From a virus: a stretch of DNA of 64,000 nt. Positions 17,246 to 30,200 of this stretch are shown here, one piece after another. The notes beneath the pieces are model-generated. The model saw only the letters and a list, made by a program, of their open reading frames with translations. It was not told where the DNA came from and did no database searches. The stretch's first letter is position 1; each line of letters begins with the position of its first letter. A program made the translations under genes and the position numbers. Location of the stretch: IMG/VR virus record IMGVR_UViG_3300049846_001393, positions 1-64,000 of that record, one strand, 5' to 3'.

Positions 17246-19953
17246 TCCTCCACGTATTTAGTATCTGAAATAGTTTTTTCATCAAAGTTATCAGAATCAA
17301 ACCATACTCTTAAAGTTGCAGAACCAGACTGCAGAGTATCACCATAAATGTTGATAGTGTAAGTTCCCTCATTTAAGTTACCCAAATTTTTGGTATCGCC
17401 AGAAAGTGGAAGATCAAAAGTATTTGAATATGGTGTTGCATCATTCTTGGTTATACTAACGGCACCATTATAAAGAATATCTTCTGAATAAGTAAACCTG
17501 ATCTTTGAATTAATAGCCTGATCAGGCACCACTAGTGTCGCTGTATAACTCCAAGTTGCTCCAGTGAACTCGAAGATATCTAGATTTAGAAAAAGATCAC
17601 CGTCTACAACTACAATATCAGATGAACCTAGTGTATCTAAAATTGCATTAATTTTATCTGTTTCAGAATTATGTATTTTAGTAATTGCTAAAGGTAGTGT
17701 AGTTAAAGTTTTTACATAGTCAATAACATCTGGCCACTCTGCTGCAGTAAAATTACCTTGAATAGCAATAGCGTCAGCAAAAACTGTTGGTGTAGCAGCC
17801 TCAATCCCATTGATAAATGTTTCCAATGCTTCAATATCTCTGGAGTCCATTCTTACACCATTATAAAAAGCATCAGAACCAGAATATCTAGCCATCAATT
17901 TTATATTTGGACCATAAACTTGTATGCCAGGAAAGTTATGGATTTGATCTGCTAAAGCATTAAACATAGTAATATAAGTATTTATATTATGAGAAGGAGA
18001 AGACTGGAATCCCAGAAGATCATTCCAAATAAAAACTTTAGAAGCAGATCCAAAAACTGCAGCAACGCCTGCTGCTAAAGCAAAATTATCAAGCCTAGAA
18101 AAATCTGGAATCAGATTAGCTGTTCTAATCTGATTACCACCAGAATCAAGAATACTATTAGAGTTAGAAACCAAAGAAGCAAACTCTGTAAGTTCATCGC
18201 TTGGATCTGGTATCACAGTTTCTTCACTTTTTTCAGAATAGCTAAAAGCAATGACTTTTGATCCATATCCATCTATTTCAGAATTGATACAATAGTTATA
18301 AAAAGAATTAAGCCAATCAACAATATCAGAGGATAGAGGTGGTGTTGCAGCAGAGCAATTAATGCTAATAGAAATACCAAGTTCCATATATTTATCTAAT
18401 GCCCATGCTCTTACTGGCTCTAGATATGGAATATAAAACTCTGCATTATCATAAACATCAATAGATATGAATACAAGATCCCAATATCTGGCATTATAAT
18501 TTGCATCATCTATCATTAGATTAATTGGATCATTTCCACCAAAATCACTCAAGGAATGCGTGCAAATAAATCCAATATTTAGACCAACAGGAGTCGCTTC
18601 AGCAATTGCTTCATCAAGTTTGTATTTAAACCTTTCCTGAAGACCCAGCCAACCAAGAATCGTATATGTAGAGCCATCAATAAAACTTTTTGGATTTGGA
18701 GCAATACATACCCAAGCAGGACCAGTTAAAGAATCGATATTGTCAATAATATCTCTAAAGTCTGAATCATGAACCTGTGGAGAACCCTCACTCCAGTCAT
18801 TAACAAAAATAATGAAAATAGGAAGAGCATCTTCATCAATAGCATCCTGTCCTAATGTTGGTATATCAGAAATAACATATGGAACAGAAGGAGTAGCCCC
18901 AGGATCTAACTCAATTAAGAAATTTTGAATGCCAACATTTTTAGTGGCAATACTATTAATTTTAGAAACATTATTTACTATAGAGCTGAAACCAGTTCTT
19001 ACGGCAAAGTTATTATATGCAATAGAACCGGGAAAATTTCTTTCCAATATAACATCTGGGCATTCTTCAATATTTATTGCTGTACCAACATTAGCTTTTA
19101 CAAAATCATAAGTTGCAGAATAAAAACTCTGCGAAAGATAGTTACCAGTGCTAGAGTATCCAGAAGTCCAAATATTACTATCAACTGAGAGAACTCCATA
19201 CGACATTCCCCTATCTATGCCACTTGGAATAATTACATCAACATCATTGACAGTTGGATAGTCGCCTTTATCAACAATATTGAATCCTTGAGCAGCACCA
19301 ACATCATAATTAGATACACATTCTCCAGTAACAATTATTCCGGGGATATGTCCAATATCATCAGAAAAAATTTGATTCTGAGAATCAGAAACTAGTATTT
19401 GATAACTACCCCAAGTTACTTTATATCTATCAGAACCATCAAACTGAAAAATTAGATCTTGAGTAGCTGCTACAGTTGAAATATCTACAAGTATAGATTT
19501 AATTTCTGTAAGAACAGAACCATCTGCAGAAATAGAACCAAAGGTCAAAAGTTTTGTAGACTTATTTATAGAACAGTAATAACCATCAGATATGCCAAGT
19601 GAATCTGAAATAGTTAGTGTTATAGAAAAATCAATTGAACTTAGATCAATCTCAACTCTTTGATAAAAACCAGAAGAAGTTATATTTATATCTAAGATTG
19701 CAAATCCCATACCATTAGCAGAACCAAATCTACCGTCAGTAACTCCACAAGCATCTAAAGCTGGATTAAGTATAGAGATGTCAAAAATATCTACAGGATC
19801 AAGAGACTTTGAGCCATTTGACTGTGTTAGAATAGGGGTAGCAGAACCCATCTCAGAGAAAATAAACTCTGCCTGTGGAAAAATATTCGTCGCCATTGAT
19901 CTAGAATCAACATAATTGAAACCAACATCAGCGAACTCTGGTCTAATAGCCAC
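17242..19953 (-). CDS. large acidic tail-associated protein, possibly with degenerate glycoside hydrolase-like domains
   Basis: 903 aa downstream of the tail hub; IWND...Y..MF...QIH..PGIQVYGP and ISIDVYD segments resemble clan GH-A barrels. Confidence 0.55.
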   Translation of the reverse strand: MAIRPEFADVGFNYVDSRSMATNIFPQAEFIFSEMGSATPILTQSNGSKSLDPVDIFDISILNPALDACGVTDGRFGSANGMGFAILDINITSSGFYQRVEIDLSSIDFSITLTISDSLGISDGYYCSINKSTKLLTFGSISADGSVLTEIKSILVDISTVAATQDLIFQFDGSDRYKVTWGSYQILVSDSQNQIFSDDIGHIPGIIVTGECVSNYDVGAAQGFNIVDKGDYPTVNDVDVIIPSGIDRGMSYGVLSVDSNIWTSGYSSTGNYLSQSFYSATYDFVKANVGTAINIEECPDVILERNFPGSIAYNNFAVRTGFSSIVNNVSKINSIATKNVGIQNFLIELDPGATPSVPYVISDIPTLGQDAIDEDALPIFIIFVNDWSEGSPQVHDSDFRDIIDNIDSLTGPAWVCIAPNPKSFIDGSTYTILGWLGLQERFKYKLDEAIAEATPVGLNIGFICTHSLSDFGGNDPINLMIDDANYNARYWDLVFISIDVYDNAEFYIPYLEPVRAWALDKYMELGISISINCSAATPPLSSDIVDWLNSFYNYCINSEIDGYGSKVIAFSYSEKSEETVIPDPSDELTEFASLVSNSNSILDSGGNQIRTANLIPDFSRLDNFALAAGVAAVFGSASKVFIWNDLLGFQSSPSHNINTYITMFNALADQIHNFPGIQVYGPNIKLMARYSGSDAFYNGVRMDSRDIEALETFINGIEAATPTVFADAIAIQGNFTAAEWPDVIDYVKTLTTLPLAITKIHNSETDKINAILDTLGSSDIVVVDGDLFLNLDIFEFTGATWSYTATLVVPDQAINSKIRFTYSEDILYNGAVSITKNDATPYSNTFDLPLSGDTKNLGNLNEGTYTINIYGDTLQSGSATLRVWFDSDNFDEKTISDTKYVED

Positions 19954-19961
19954 CTTAACTC

Positions 19962-22900
19962 CTAATTAAATCCACCAGTTAGCGTTATAGGCTCAACACC
20001 AAGACCGCTGAACTGCAATTCCCTATTTGTAATCTGCTGCCATCTATCAACTCGCTCAGAGATAGATACATGACTTATTGGATTATAAACATTATCGCTA
20101 GTAATAACCCAATCATTTTCATCGCCAAGCCAATTGGTTGTAAGACTCATTTCATACTGGCCTGTATCAAGATCCATAGTAGAAGAAACACCTCTAACAT
20201 AATGGATATATGTTTCACTTGTATTTCTTTCAATAATACGAATCTGATCATTTATCTCTATATTAGGATTAGCAACGCATGTAAGGCTTCCAGCTCTCTG
20301 ACTAAACCAAATCTGAAGATTGATGAGTTCGGCCATCAATTTCTGCTCTTCTTTGTCAGTAAAGGTATTATCGATCCAGATTGCTGGACGAATGATATTC
20401 CTTAGAGCGGGAACCCCCGGCCTAATCTCATCATTAGCAGATCCAGGAACGAAACGAACATACGAAGTTGCTCGTGGGTTGTTGGGATCTGGCTGGTCCG
20501 AGCCAATAATAATCTCAGACCTAAGAGAATCACCACCAATGGACACCTGATACTGCTTTAATGTTGTGGTCTCGTTTATTTCTGGGATAAACGGCTCAGC
20601 ACCGGGGGTACTAGAGCTTACTCTGGTATAGTTACCTTCTTCATCATATGTAACATAGATTTTTTGACCATCACCATAGGAATCGAAGTTTCCAGCAGAC
20701 CACCAGTTAGGACTTTCAAACCTTGCCCCACCCTGTTGGTCTATAAAGAAGTTATATCCAACAACCTGCTTAATTTCATTTATACAGTCAATGATAGTTC
20801 TCTTATCAAACTTGTCACCAGTAATATCTTTATCAGTAAAAATACCGGTAGATTCTATATTACCAAAGATAGAAGGTCTATCATTTGCATCTGGAGAACC
20901 GGGATAGCCAACCCAAAGATCAGCACCAGTATCCGTCTGAACACCAAAGAAACCATCATATCTTAGAACAAGCCTAGCGTTAGATCTAGTGTATGTCCTT
21001 GTATTAAATAATGCAGAACCTGCAGCTGAATACACAACAAAATTACCATCTGACTGCATTACAGCATAAGCACCAGAGTTTCCATCAGTCTCGGATTCCC
21101 AAACAACATTTTGAAGAGTAGTGGTACCTCCGACAGTAATGAAATTTCCAGTACCTAAAACTAGATTTCCATCTGTTTGCATAATAAGAGTATAGTCATC
21201 TACCTGCTCATAGCTTCCAGATGCTAAAGTTTTCGTAGCCCAAGATTTAATTGTCTCAATATTTGAGTCATAATAAGTAAAGCCAGACCAGCAAAGCATA
21301 TCTTTAATAATATCAATATATTCTTTAAAATTACCCTGCTTCCAACGGTAACCAGTTTTACCCCACCATCCAGGCTGGCCCCAGAATCTGGCATCATAAC
21401 TAAGAACAGAACCATTAGCAACAAGAACCCAGAAACCCTTACCATCTGGATCTCTAGCCAAATCCCAAACCAAATAACGAAAGAATGACCAATCATTAAC
21501 TTTATCTTCTGGAATCTTAAGATCAATCTGGGGATTATTCTGGTAAACATATGATGTTCCCTGCTTAACAGCGTCACCAAAAGCAGCAATATGACCATCA
21601 GCAAATGCAATCCAATAACCATCACCAGATTTAGTAGAAGTCATGCCATGACACCAGTTGCCATAATCAACACTAAAAGAATCTGCACTATTTTTATTAT
21701 AGATTCTATTTACTAAACCGCCATAATTTTGCACATTTCCAAATGCCCAAACTTGACCAGATCCATCTGTAACCCAAAATCCCATCTTTTTTGGATGAGC
21801 AGCTATAGCAGTTCCCCTTCTAGCCCAATTATATGCAGTAGATGGCTGCTGTCCAACATCAAAGCCAGCAGGACTTTGACCAAAACCTGTACCATAAGGT
21901 TTGCCAAATAGATACTTATAAGTCTTCCCACTATTAATCATTGATGCTGTAACTGAAGTATATGGCGTCTGTGCAAACGATGGAGATGCATCACCAAAAC
22001 CTCTAACACTTCCATCAGAATAAACAACCCAATAACCATTACCAGTATAGGTAACAGCCATATTCATAGCAGCTACGCCAACGAGAGCAAACTGCTCGCC
22101 ACGCCAAGGAACAATATAATGTCCATAATGATTTGCTTCACCAAAAGCATAAACCCTACCACTTGGATCAAGAACCCAATATCCCTCACCAGATGGATGT
22201 GCAGCCATTGAAGTTGCCCCTGGCTTCAAATATGTTCCACCAAGACCGCGAACATAATGAATACCATTCACACCACTAGCATACGGTGGGGATACAAAAT
22301 TTACCGGACCAAAAGCTGTTGAATCAAAATCAGCAGCATCACCAAAACCATGAACATAACCATTGGACTCACAAACCCAATAACCACGAACAGGATGGGA
22401 TTCCATAGCATAAGTCCAAGGAAGTTCCGTGAATGGCACAGAATATTCAGAAGTCTTATTTCCAACAGCCCTAAATACAATATCTCTAATACCACAACGG
22501 TAATTATTTCCAGAACCATCTGCCATACCTGAATAGGTAAGTGGATCTCCAAAAGTAATTCTAATCTGATCAGCTTTATACCAATAAGAACCAAAATCTC
22601 TCAGAACAGATATTTCATTCTCAGCAGGATTTGCAACACCAAAGTCAACAGAAATTTCGCGCTCATTACCATCAGGTGGCATAAGGGGAATCTGAATCTT
22701 CTTAACATAAGGAATAGAGCCGCCATAATCTGGAACAGTTTCTGTACCAAACCAAGAGCCATTATACTTAATAGAAATATATGCAGTATATCCACCAGCC
22801 CAAGGAGTAAAACTCATACCTTGAATACGACGACCGCTACCACCAGTCTTCTCTACATCAAACTCCCACCAAAAATATCCATACCCATTGTTTCCGGTGG

Positions 22901-23810
22901 GCTGGGCTTTAGCTGGAGAAAGTGCATATGTATTCCTATTGCCATCTGAAGCATGACTACCTTTATGACCAAAGATAGAATAATCGTAGGAACCAAAAAT
23001 ATCATCAGTGGCAGAATCTTTATAAATTGCTCTCACTTCACCAAATGAAGCATTGAAAGAACCCTTTGGATCTGGACCAAAAGGAGAATCAAAAGCAGAA
23101 ACACCGGGAGACTTATACTCAATAGGATAAAGACTCTGAGGAACTAGAGGGGGATAGGTGATCTGTTCAAGAAGGAGTCTACCAACATCACGGCATTGAA
23201 TGGTAAGCATTCCATCTGTGCCAGTCGAAATAGAATCAATCAACCAAGCACCCGTTATCATGATATTCTCATCATCAATTGCTTGCTGAACAGAAACGTC
23301 GTTACCGCCATAGCCTTGATATGTTCTAATTAAAGCATTAGGAACAATAACATTTGTCCAATCAAAATCTGGATCATAGGTTCCATCTTTAAGAGTGGCA
23401 CCCTGTCCCGGCTCTTGATTCCATAAAGCCTGCGCCTCAGCAGACTCACCACGCTTAGGCCAAAAATATCCAGGTCGGCCAAGCTGATTAGTGAGTTCAG
23501 GAACAATCACACCAGTAGCAGCACTATTAGAATAGTGCCACTGGTTATACATTGCAATATTGCAAGTTGCAATATCCTGAGAAGTCGAACGCTCAATCTG
23601 AATTGATTTAATATTAGGAATCTCTACCTCAACCTGATCGTTAGCAGAGTCCTGCCAGTAACGAAAAGGTCCACGGACAGAACCATCATAAACCGGGTCT
23701 GTGGTTTTTAGCGTCCAGTCAGGCTCAATCGTAACTCTGCCACAAGGCTTAGTATCACCAATCATTACACCTGAACGAACAATATTATGTATTGTCTGAT
23801 TCAGTCTCAT
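19962..23810 (-). CDS. tail tip hub/baseplate (Tal-like) protein with GYW repeats and a bulb-type lectin insert
   Basis: Hub-like N-terminus (IKSIQIERS, LTIQCRDVGRLL) and C-terminus (ANPNIEINDQI); about six GYW/GFW..DG.V.AFGDA repeats; QTDGNLV and QSDGNFVVY lectin motifs. Confidence 0.8.
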   Translation of the reverse strand: MRLNQTIHNIVRSGVMIGDTKPCGRVTIEPDWTLKTTDPVYDGSVRGPFRYWQDSANDQVEVEIPNIKSIQIERSTSQDIATCNIAMYNQWHYSNSAATGVIVPELTNQLGRPGYFWPKRGESAEAQALWNQEPGQGATLKDGTYDPDFDWTNVIVPNALIRTYQGYGGNDVSVQQAIDDENIMITGAWLIDSISTGTDGMLTIQCRDVGRLLLEQITYPPLVPQSLYPIEYKSPGVSAFDSPFGPDPKGSFNASFGEVRAIYKDSATDDIFGSYDYSIFGHKGSHASDGNRNTYALSPAKAQPTGNNGYGYFWWEFDVEKTGGSGRRIQGMSFTPWAGGYTAYISIKYNGSWFGTETVPDYGGSIPYVKKIQIPLMPPDGNEREISVDFGVANPAENEISVLRDFGSYWYKADQIRITFGDPLTYSGMADGSGNNYRCGIRDIVFRAVGNKTSEYSVPFTELPWTYAMESHPVRGYWVCESNGYVHGFGDAADFDSTAFGPVNFVSPPYASGVNGIHYVRGLGGTYLKPGATSMAAHPSGEGYWVLDPSGRVYAFGEANHYGHYIVPWRGEQFALVGVAAMNMAVTYTGNGYWVVYSDGSVRGFGDASPSFAQTPYTSVTASMINSGKTYKYLFGKPYGTGFGQSPAGFDVGQQPSTAYNWARRGTAIAAHPKKMGFWVTDGSGQVWAFGNVQNYGGLVNRIYNKNSADSFSVDYGNWCHGMTSTKSGDGYWIAFADGHIAAFGDAVKQGTSYVYQNNPQIDLKIPEDKVNDWSFFRYLVWDLARDPDGKGFWVLVANGSVLSYDARFWGQPGWWGKTGYRWKQGNFKEYIDIIKDMLCWSGFTYYDSNIETIKSWATKTLASGSYEQVDDYTLIMQTDGNLVLGTGNFITVGGTTTLQNVVWESETDGNSGAYAVMQSDGNFVVYSAAGSALFNTRTYTRSNARLVLRYDGFFGVQTDTGADLWVGYPGSPDANDRPSIFGNIESTGIFTDKDITGDKFDKRTIIDCINEIKQVVGYNFFIDQQGGARFESPNWWSAGNFDSYGDGQKIYVTYDEEGNYTRVSSSTPGAEPFIPEINETTTLKQYQVSIGGDSLRSEIIIGSDQPDPNNPRATSYVRFVPGSANDEIRPGVPALRNIIRPAIWIDNTFTDKEEQKLMAELINLQIWFSQRAGSLTCVANPNIEINDQIRIIERNTSETYIHYVRGVSSTMDLDTGQYEMSLTTNWLGDENDWVITSDNVYNPISHVSISERVDRWQQITNRELQFSGLGVEPITLTGGFN

Positions 23811-23812
23811 AA

Positions 23813-24193
23813 TTACCAGTCCAAGACAATAGCTTCAATAGAGTAATTATGACGCCAAGGATAGTTAATTGATCTTACCCTCGTTGGGTTGAAACTTTTA
23901 ATATAAATCCAGAACTCTCTACCGAGATCATCAGTCAAACGAATCTGATTTCTTTTTAGATACCAATCATTAAGAGTATTAAACTGGCTTTCAGTTAAGA
24001 TTGTACCAGAGAAAGAAAGACTTGCAGGACTCTCTCTGCCCTCAAAAGCAAGAGTCTGGCCGTTAGGGGCAGCCGTAGCCTCATAAGAAATATTCTTAGA
24101 TCTACTTGGATACCCGCCATCATTAGGATTAATTTCCCAATTATAAGTCTCATTACCTACTGGATCATAAAATTCCCACGCAACTCTTGGCAT
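23813..24193 (-). CDS. distal tail (Dit-like) protein
   Basis: 126 aa immediately after the tape measure gene; INPN, LSFSGTIL, LTDDLGR. Confidence 0.65.
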   Translation of the reverse strand: MPRVAWEFYDPVGNETYNWEINPNDGGYPSRSKNISYEATAAPNGQTLAFEGRESPASLSFSGTILTESQFNTLNDWYLKRNQIRLTDDLGREFWIYIKSFNPTRVRSINYPWRHNYSIEAIVLDW

Positions 24194-24201
24194 CTTAACT
24201 C

Positions 24202-27200
24202 CTAGTACCTTCTAGATTCCAAACCTGATGTGCCAACATTCATGGCCTTAGCAAGAGAATCAACAACCTGACCCTCACTCATACCATTGTTAACGACAAC
24301 CTGAACTTGGATATTACGATTATCCTGATAGCCAACAGATGGACCATTTGCACCACCGCTGACATTACCAAACTGGCCGGACTGATTTAACCTACGAACC
24401 TCATAGAGAGTAGGAAGCATAAGGCTTGTTGGAAGATTAGCCTGAAGATTGCCACTAATGTCGTCTTTAAGATTCTTGATAGTAACCTCAAGATCTCTGA
24501 ACTGCTTAGTGCCAGGGATAAGAGTAGACTTCAAACCCTCAAGATAATTAGCATACTCAGTCTTAGTGATCTGGTCAGTATCCAATAGATACTTGTATTC
24601 ATCAAGCTTACCCTGGAAGATAGCGTCACGAGCAGCCTTCTCAGCAGAAATAACACCAGCCCTTAGATTATTAATTTCTGCAGCACCCTTACCGGCATTA
24701 ATTGCCTGAGCCAACTGCTCTCTAGCAGCAGCCGCGGCAACCTGAGCAGCACCAATATCATCACCAATAGCAGCCAACTCTGCCTGACGAAGGCTGAACT
24801 GCGAATTACGAACGTCATTCATTGCGTTCGTCATTGCTCTCTGAGCATCAATTAACTGTCTTTGTGCAGCAATTCTTTCATCGTTAGTCTTTGCTTCAGC
24901 CAGCAACTGCTGTGCAAGGGTAAGGTCATACTGAGCGTCCTGAACAGGATCTTCTGTCTGAGCCTTAGCAAGATCAAACATCGCCTCCCTTCTTCTCTTA
25001 AACGCTTCACGCTGAGCACGCTCTGCTGCAATAAGTTCCATCCAAGCCTGCATACGCTCTTCTGGGCCAACAGCATTTGCCATATTCATTCTGGCAATAT
25101 TTACATCATACTGAGCCTGATCAAGACTGTCCTGTGATCCAAGAGCCTTTAGAAGCTGAGCAAACGTTTTAGCTCTGTTATTTATATTATCCCTAAGAGC
25201 AGCGCGTGCTGCAATCTGTGCAGCAACAGCATTAGCAGCGCCCTCCTTGTCGTTTGCAGCAACAGCAGCAGCATAATCCTTATTAGCTTGATCAAGATCA
25301 AGAACAGCCTGAGCGACAGAATCCTTGTTTGCAGCAGCCTGAGCCTTAGCAATACCACGAACAGCATCAGCAACAGCCTTAGCAGCATCAATCACAGCCT
25401 GCTTAGCTTCACGACGTTTAGCATCTAACTCATCAAGAGTCTGGGCATCCAAACCATCAGCAACAGCTTTTTGGTAATCTTTTTCTGCCTGCTGAGCATC
25501 CATCATCGCTTTAGCTACAGAATCTTTGTTTGCTTTGGCTTTGTTTAGATTTGTTGCAGCTTGAGCTCTTTGCTGGTATGCGGAGAACTGTGCTTTCTTA
25601 TCATTAACCTCATTGCCAGTATCGCCAGGAAGCTTTCCAGTAGTATTAATACTATTAATAATGGCATTTGCGCCAGAAATAGCCTGATCATATGCCTGAA
25701 CTGTTGGATCATTAGCTTTAGCTCCAGTCATCTCCATGAATAGAGCGCGTTGAGTTTCGAGATCCTTCTTTCGCTTCTCCATCATTGCTTTAACTTGATC
25801 AATTGATAGTGATCCATTACTTAAAGCAGTTGTTATAAATGTTATAAAGTCATCAGCAGTTTCACCAAAAGCAGTTTCCCAACCCTTAGTAAATGTAGAC
25901 CAGTTACCAACCAAAGTTCCAAGCTGACCCTTAATAGCAGCAACTCTAGTTTCAATAGGAATTTTTATTGGCCTACCAGCAATCTCTGCAGCCTCCTCGG
26001 CAGTGGCTGCATTCTGAATCATGGCAATGGCCATCTCTTTTTGAGTCTGAACAAGCTCAAGTGCAGCTTTGCGAAGATCTTCTCCAGTTAAACCAGAATT
26101 AATTGCAGTTTGAATAGCTGCAGCCTTCTGCATAATACCAGCTATTGTTGTTGGATCGCTAGTAAGATTGATAATATCAAGAGTTGCAGTTAAAGCCTTC
26201 TGAGCTTGCTCATTAACAAAACCGTTTATAGTTTTATCAATATTGAATAGCTGTTCATATAAAAGTTTTTTATTACCAGTAACTTTAGGATCATTAATCT
26301 TAGCAAGAATAGATGCTCTTAACTCATTCAAACCAGCAAGATATGATTCTGGAGAAATTCTACCAAGATCAAGATCTTTTTGTAGCTGTTCAAGAGACTT
26401 CAGAGAAGCAGCGGCAGCGTCATCAAGAAGACCATTAGCCTCAAGTAATGCCTTTACCCTAGGATCATTCTCCCCAAGTTCAATAATTTTATCAAGAACC
26501 TCTTTAGCCTGTTTCTGTTCTGCATCTGTATATTTTCTATCCTTATCCTGTACTATTTCTTCCAATGCTTTAGTTGGATTAGCTGAACCAAGAGCAGAAG
26601 CAATATCTCCATCAAGATTATTTAGATTAAAACCTAGAGCTTCAGAAATTTTTGTGAGTCTCTCTAAGGCGGCTGCTCTAAGCGCATCACCAGCATCAGC
26701 CAAATCTTGGTCAAACTGGAAAGCCCTAGAATCACCAAGTCTACCCTCACCAGCATAAGCATTTCTAATATATGCCTCTACGTTAAATTTACCCTTATTA
26801 GTGCCAGTTTTAATTCTGGCTTTATCTGCTGCTTGCTTTGATTTTTCTTCAGCCTTCTGCTGAGCTGGGCCTACTCCGACATTGCCAGCTGGATTGATAT
26901 CAATTCCCCCAGCAGTAATTCCTTCATCAGCAATTACATTTGGAAGAGCATTAGCACCACTAAGTCCAGAAATTCTTTCCAAGAAGAAGTTTACAGCAGA
27001 CTGCTGATTAGCTAAAATATCTAATATTCTCTGCTCATTTTCATCAAATGCAGACTTAGCAAAAGCAAGAGCCTGAGCATACTCTGCCTCACTTTCATAT
27101 CTTGCACCAGTAAAGAATCCAGATAAACGTGCACCAATACTTATACCAGCATTAACCTCTCTAAGATCTCGAGCCTTAGCTTCAAGATCTGCAATAGAAG

Positions 27201-30200
27201 TATTCGCATCCTCAGCAAATGCCTTAATCTTATCAAGGTTAGCATTCTGCTTATCAACACCAGACTGGATAAGAGAATAAGCGACCATAACACCAGTTAA
27301 AGCTAGTGTTGTAAAACCGCCAACAGCAGCAGAAGCTTTCTGTGCAGGAGTCTTCAATCCAGCCTTATTAAGCTTTTCAACATTTTGACTACGCTGATTA
27401 AATCCAGCACCTAAAGCAGATAGCCTCCCCTGACCAGCAGCACGGGCATCAATATATGCCTGTCTTCCTGTTCTACCAAAATTACCACCAAGCATACCTG
27501 GTGCTGTCATAGTGCCAGTTCTAGGGTTAATGCCATACTGTCCAGCACCAGAAGTTCCACTCATAAAATTGAATAAAGCAGCCATTTGGGCACGCTGGCT
27601 AGCATTAACTGTGCCCATAACAGCTTGACGCTGCAAAGCATTTGCTCGCATATTTGCAAACAAACCATTATTGCCTCTTAACCCACCAAGAGCGCCAGCA
27701 ATACCACCACCAGGACCAAATCTAGTTGCTGCCTTAAGAAGTTTGAATGCTGCAACTGCAGCAAGAATCTTTACAGGTAAACCATCAAAAGCACCAAGAA
27801 CTGGCGAGACAGCCTTAAAAATTAATCCAAATCCCTTAGCTATAATACCAAGAAGACCAGCAACTTCCTTAAGAAGATCTTCCAAGCCAGACTCAAGAAG
27901 TGTCAAGAACAGTTTTCTTACCTGCTCTCTCAAACGCTGGAAGGTATTGGTAAGAGTAGCCTGAACTTTCTTAAATCGCTCTTCAAGTTTACCAGCACCA
28001 TTTTCGGCAGCATCAGTAAGACCCTTCAAAGCCTGAGGGTTGGAAAGGGCAGGAAGAATTGCAGCAGCCTCACGACGACCACCAAGAAGATTAACAATGA
28101 AATCTTTAGATTCCTTGTTTAGACTATTAAACGCCTCTCCAATTCCAAAAAGAATTCCTCTAGTATCAGATTTATTAATAGCGGTAATAAATTCTGGAGT
28201 TCCAAGTTTATCATTAGTTATCGCAATATCCAAAAGAGCTTGACGACTCTGATAAATAGCAGGAATAATACGACCAAACTGCTCAGCAAGAGCAGCGCCA
28301 CCACGACCAGAACGCTGCTGAGCAAGAGCGGCAAGGGCTGCGAACTCTTCAAGAGAGAAACCTGCTTCTGTAGCAACAGGAGCAATATCGCCAATGAAAG
28401 AAATTGTCTCCTTAGCAAGTACACCAGACTTTTGCTCAAGAGCAATAGCAACGTCACCAATTTTTTTGAACGAAGCTTCGAAAGCAATAGATGCAGCAGT
28501 AAGACCATCGGTAATTTCTGCAAGAGGAAGACCTGTAGACTGAGCAATCTTTGCAGCAGATTCAATCTGGGCATTTACCAGATCAGTACCACCCATACCC
28601 TCAATAGGTCCAACGGTACTAAATGCTCCAATCAACTGAACTGTAAGAAGAGCAAGTTCATCTGCAGCAAGACCAGTCTCAAGCGAGATATCCATAATCT
28701 GCTTCTTGAACTGCTGGGTAACTACTGCGGCATCCTCACCAAAGGTTGCTTGGATCTGGCTTTCAATTTTTGCCAAGTTGAACTGAAGCTGCTCAGCTTC
28801 TTTGATTGAATCTTTGATTCCACCAAGAGCACCGTAAAGAAGCATTGAAGGAACGGCATAACGAACAGTTGAAAGCAAACCAGAGCCAAAGAAGCCGGCA
28901 GCGCCACCAAGACCACGAACCCTAGAAACAACATCTCCACGCTGACCGCCGCCGCGGCGACCCATTCCACCTGGGACTACCCCACCGCCACCGCCACCGC
29001 CACCAGTACCGCCAGTGCCACCAGTGCCGCCAGAAAGAAGAGTAAGCTTTCTACTCTCAAGAACCTGCAATTCAGTCTGCAAACGGCTAAGCTCTACCTG
29101 TGCCTGTGGATCAACAGAAGTATCAATCTTAATAACTTCTGCATTAATAGCCTTAACACGCGATTCAAGATCGGCAATTTGCTTAGCTCTAAGTGCAGGA
29201 TCTTTTTCCTTACCAATCTTACCAAGAAGAGTCTGCTCAGCAACAATCTGAGATCTATAATTCTTTAGCTTTGAAGAAGCTTTAACAGCATTTGGATTAC
29301 TAAGTTCAAAGTTTAACTGCTTTTGAGCTCTAGTAACTTTTTGTATAGCAAGATTGAGGGCATCATATTCAACTTTTTGCTGCTTGGTTAAATTATTGTA
29401 ACCACCAGCACCCTTAATAAGATTGTCTCTCTCTTTCTTAAGAGATCTCAGACTTTTTTCTGACTGACCCAGCGCCTGCCCACTTATAGTTGGATCGCTA
29501 ATAGAAAGAGAAGCAGCATCTTTAACATTAGAACCAATAAGTTTAGCTCTCTTAGTCAAATCTTTAATATCTTTAGAAGTATTATCTTTTGGAGTATCTA
29601 AAGCAGTAGAAAGATTCTGTGGAGCATTTTTACCAATCTTTTGTAGATCAGCAATCTTCTTTTCAAGAACAGCAGCTTCTTTACTAAGATTCTGAAGGAC
29701 GGCAGTAGCAGAAGCATCATTAATCGTAATGGTTACATCATCTTTAATATCAGTTTGTAACTCATCAAGCTGCTTTTTAATATTCTTAAGAGCATTTAAA
29801 GCATCCTTAGGATCAAGCTTTACAGCAGCCTGAACACCCTTCTGAACCTGAGCCAACTGTCGCTTACGTTCGGCAGCAATAGCAGCCTCATCACCTGGAA
29901 CCAAAACACCAGCAACAGCACCCCTAGCGGCAGTAAGACGTTCTTTCCTAGTAGAAACACGCGAAGGGTCAACGCCCTTTAATGCTGCCGCCTCAAGAGC
30001 AGCACGCCTTCTAGCAGCACGAGTCTGAGCAGCAACAACATCTGCCTCAGCAAGACGAGGGCCATAAAGAGCCTGAGCAGCAGCACCGGTAGCAGCCTGT
30101 CCTTCTGTCTTAAGAACTTGGCCCTCTGCGGCGCCAGCGACAAATGAAGGATTAGCATTCTGCAGCGCAGCAACCTGATTAGCAAGTCTCTGATTATATA

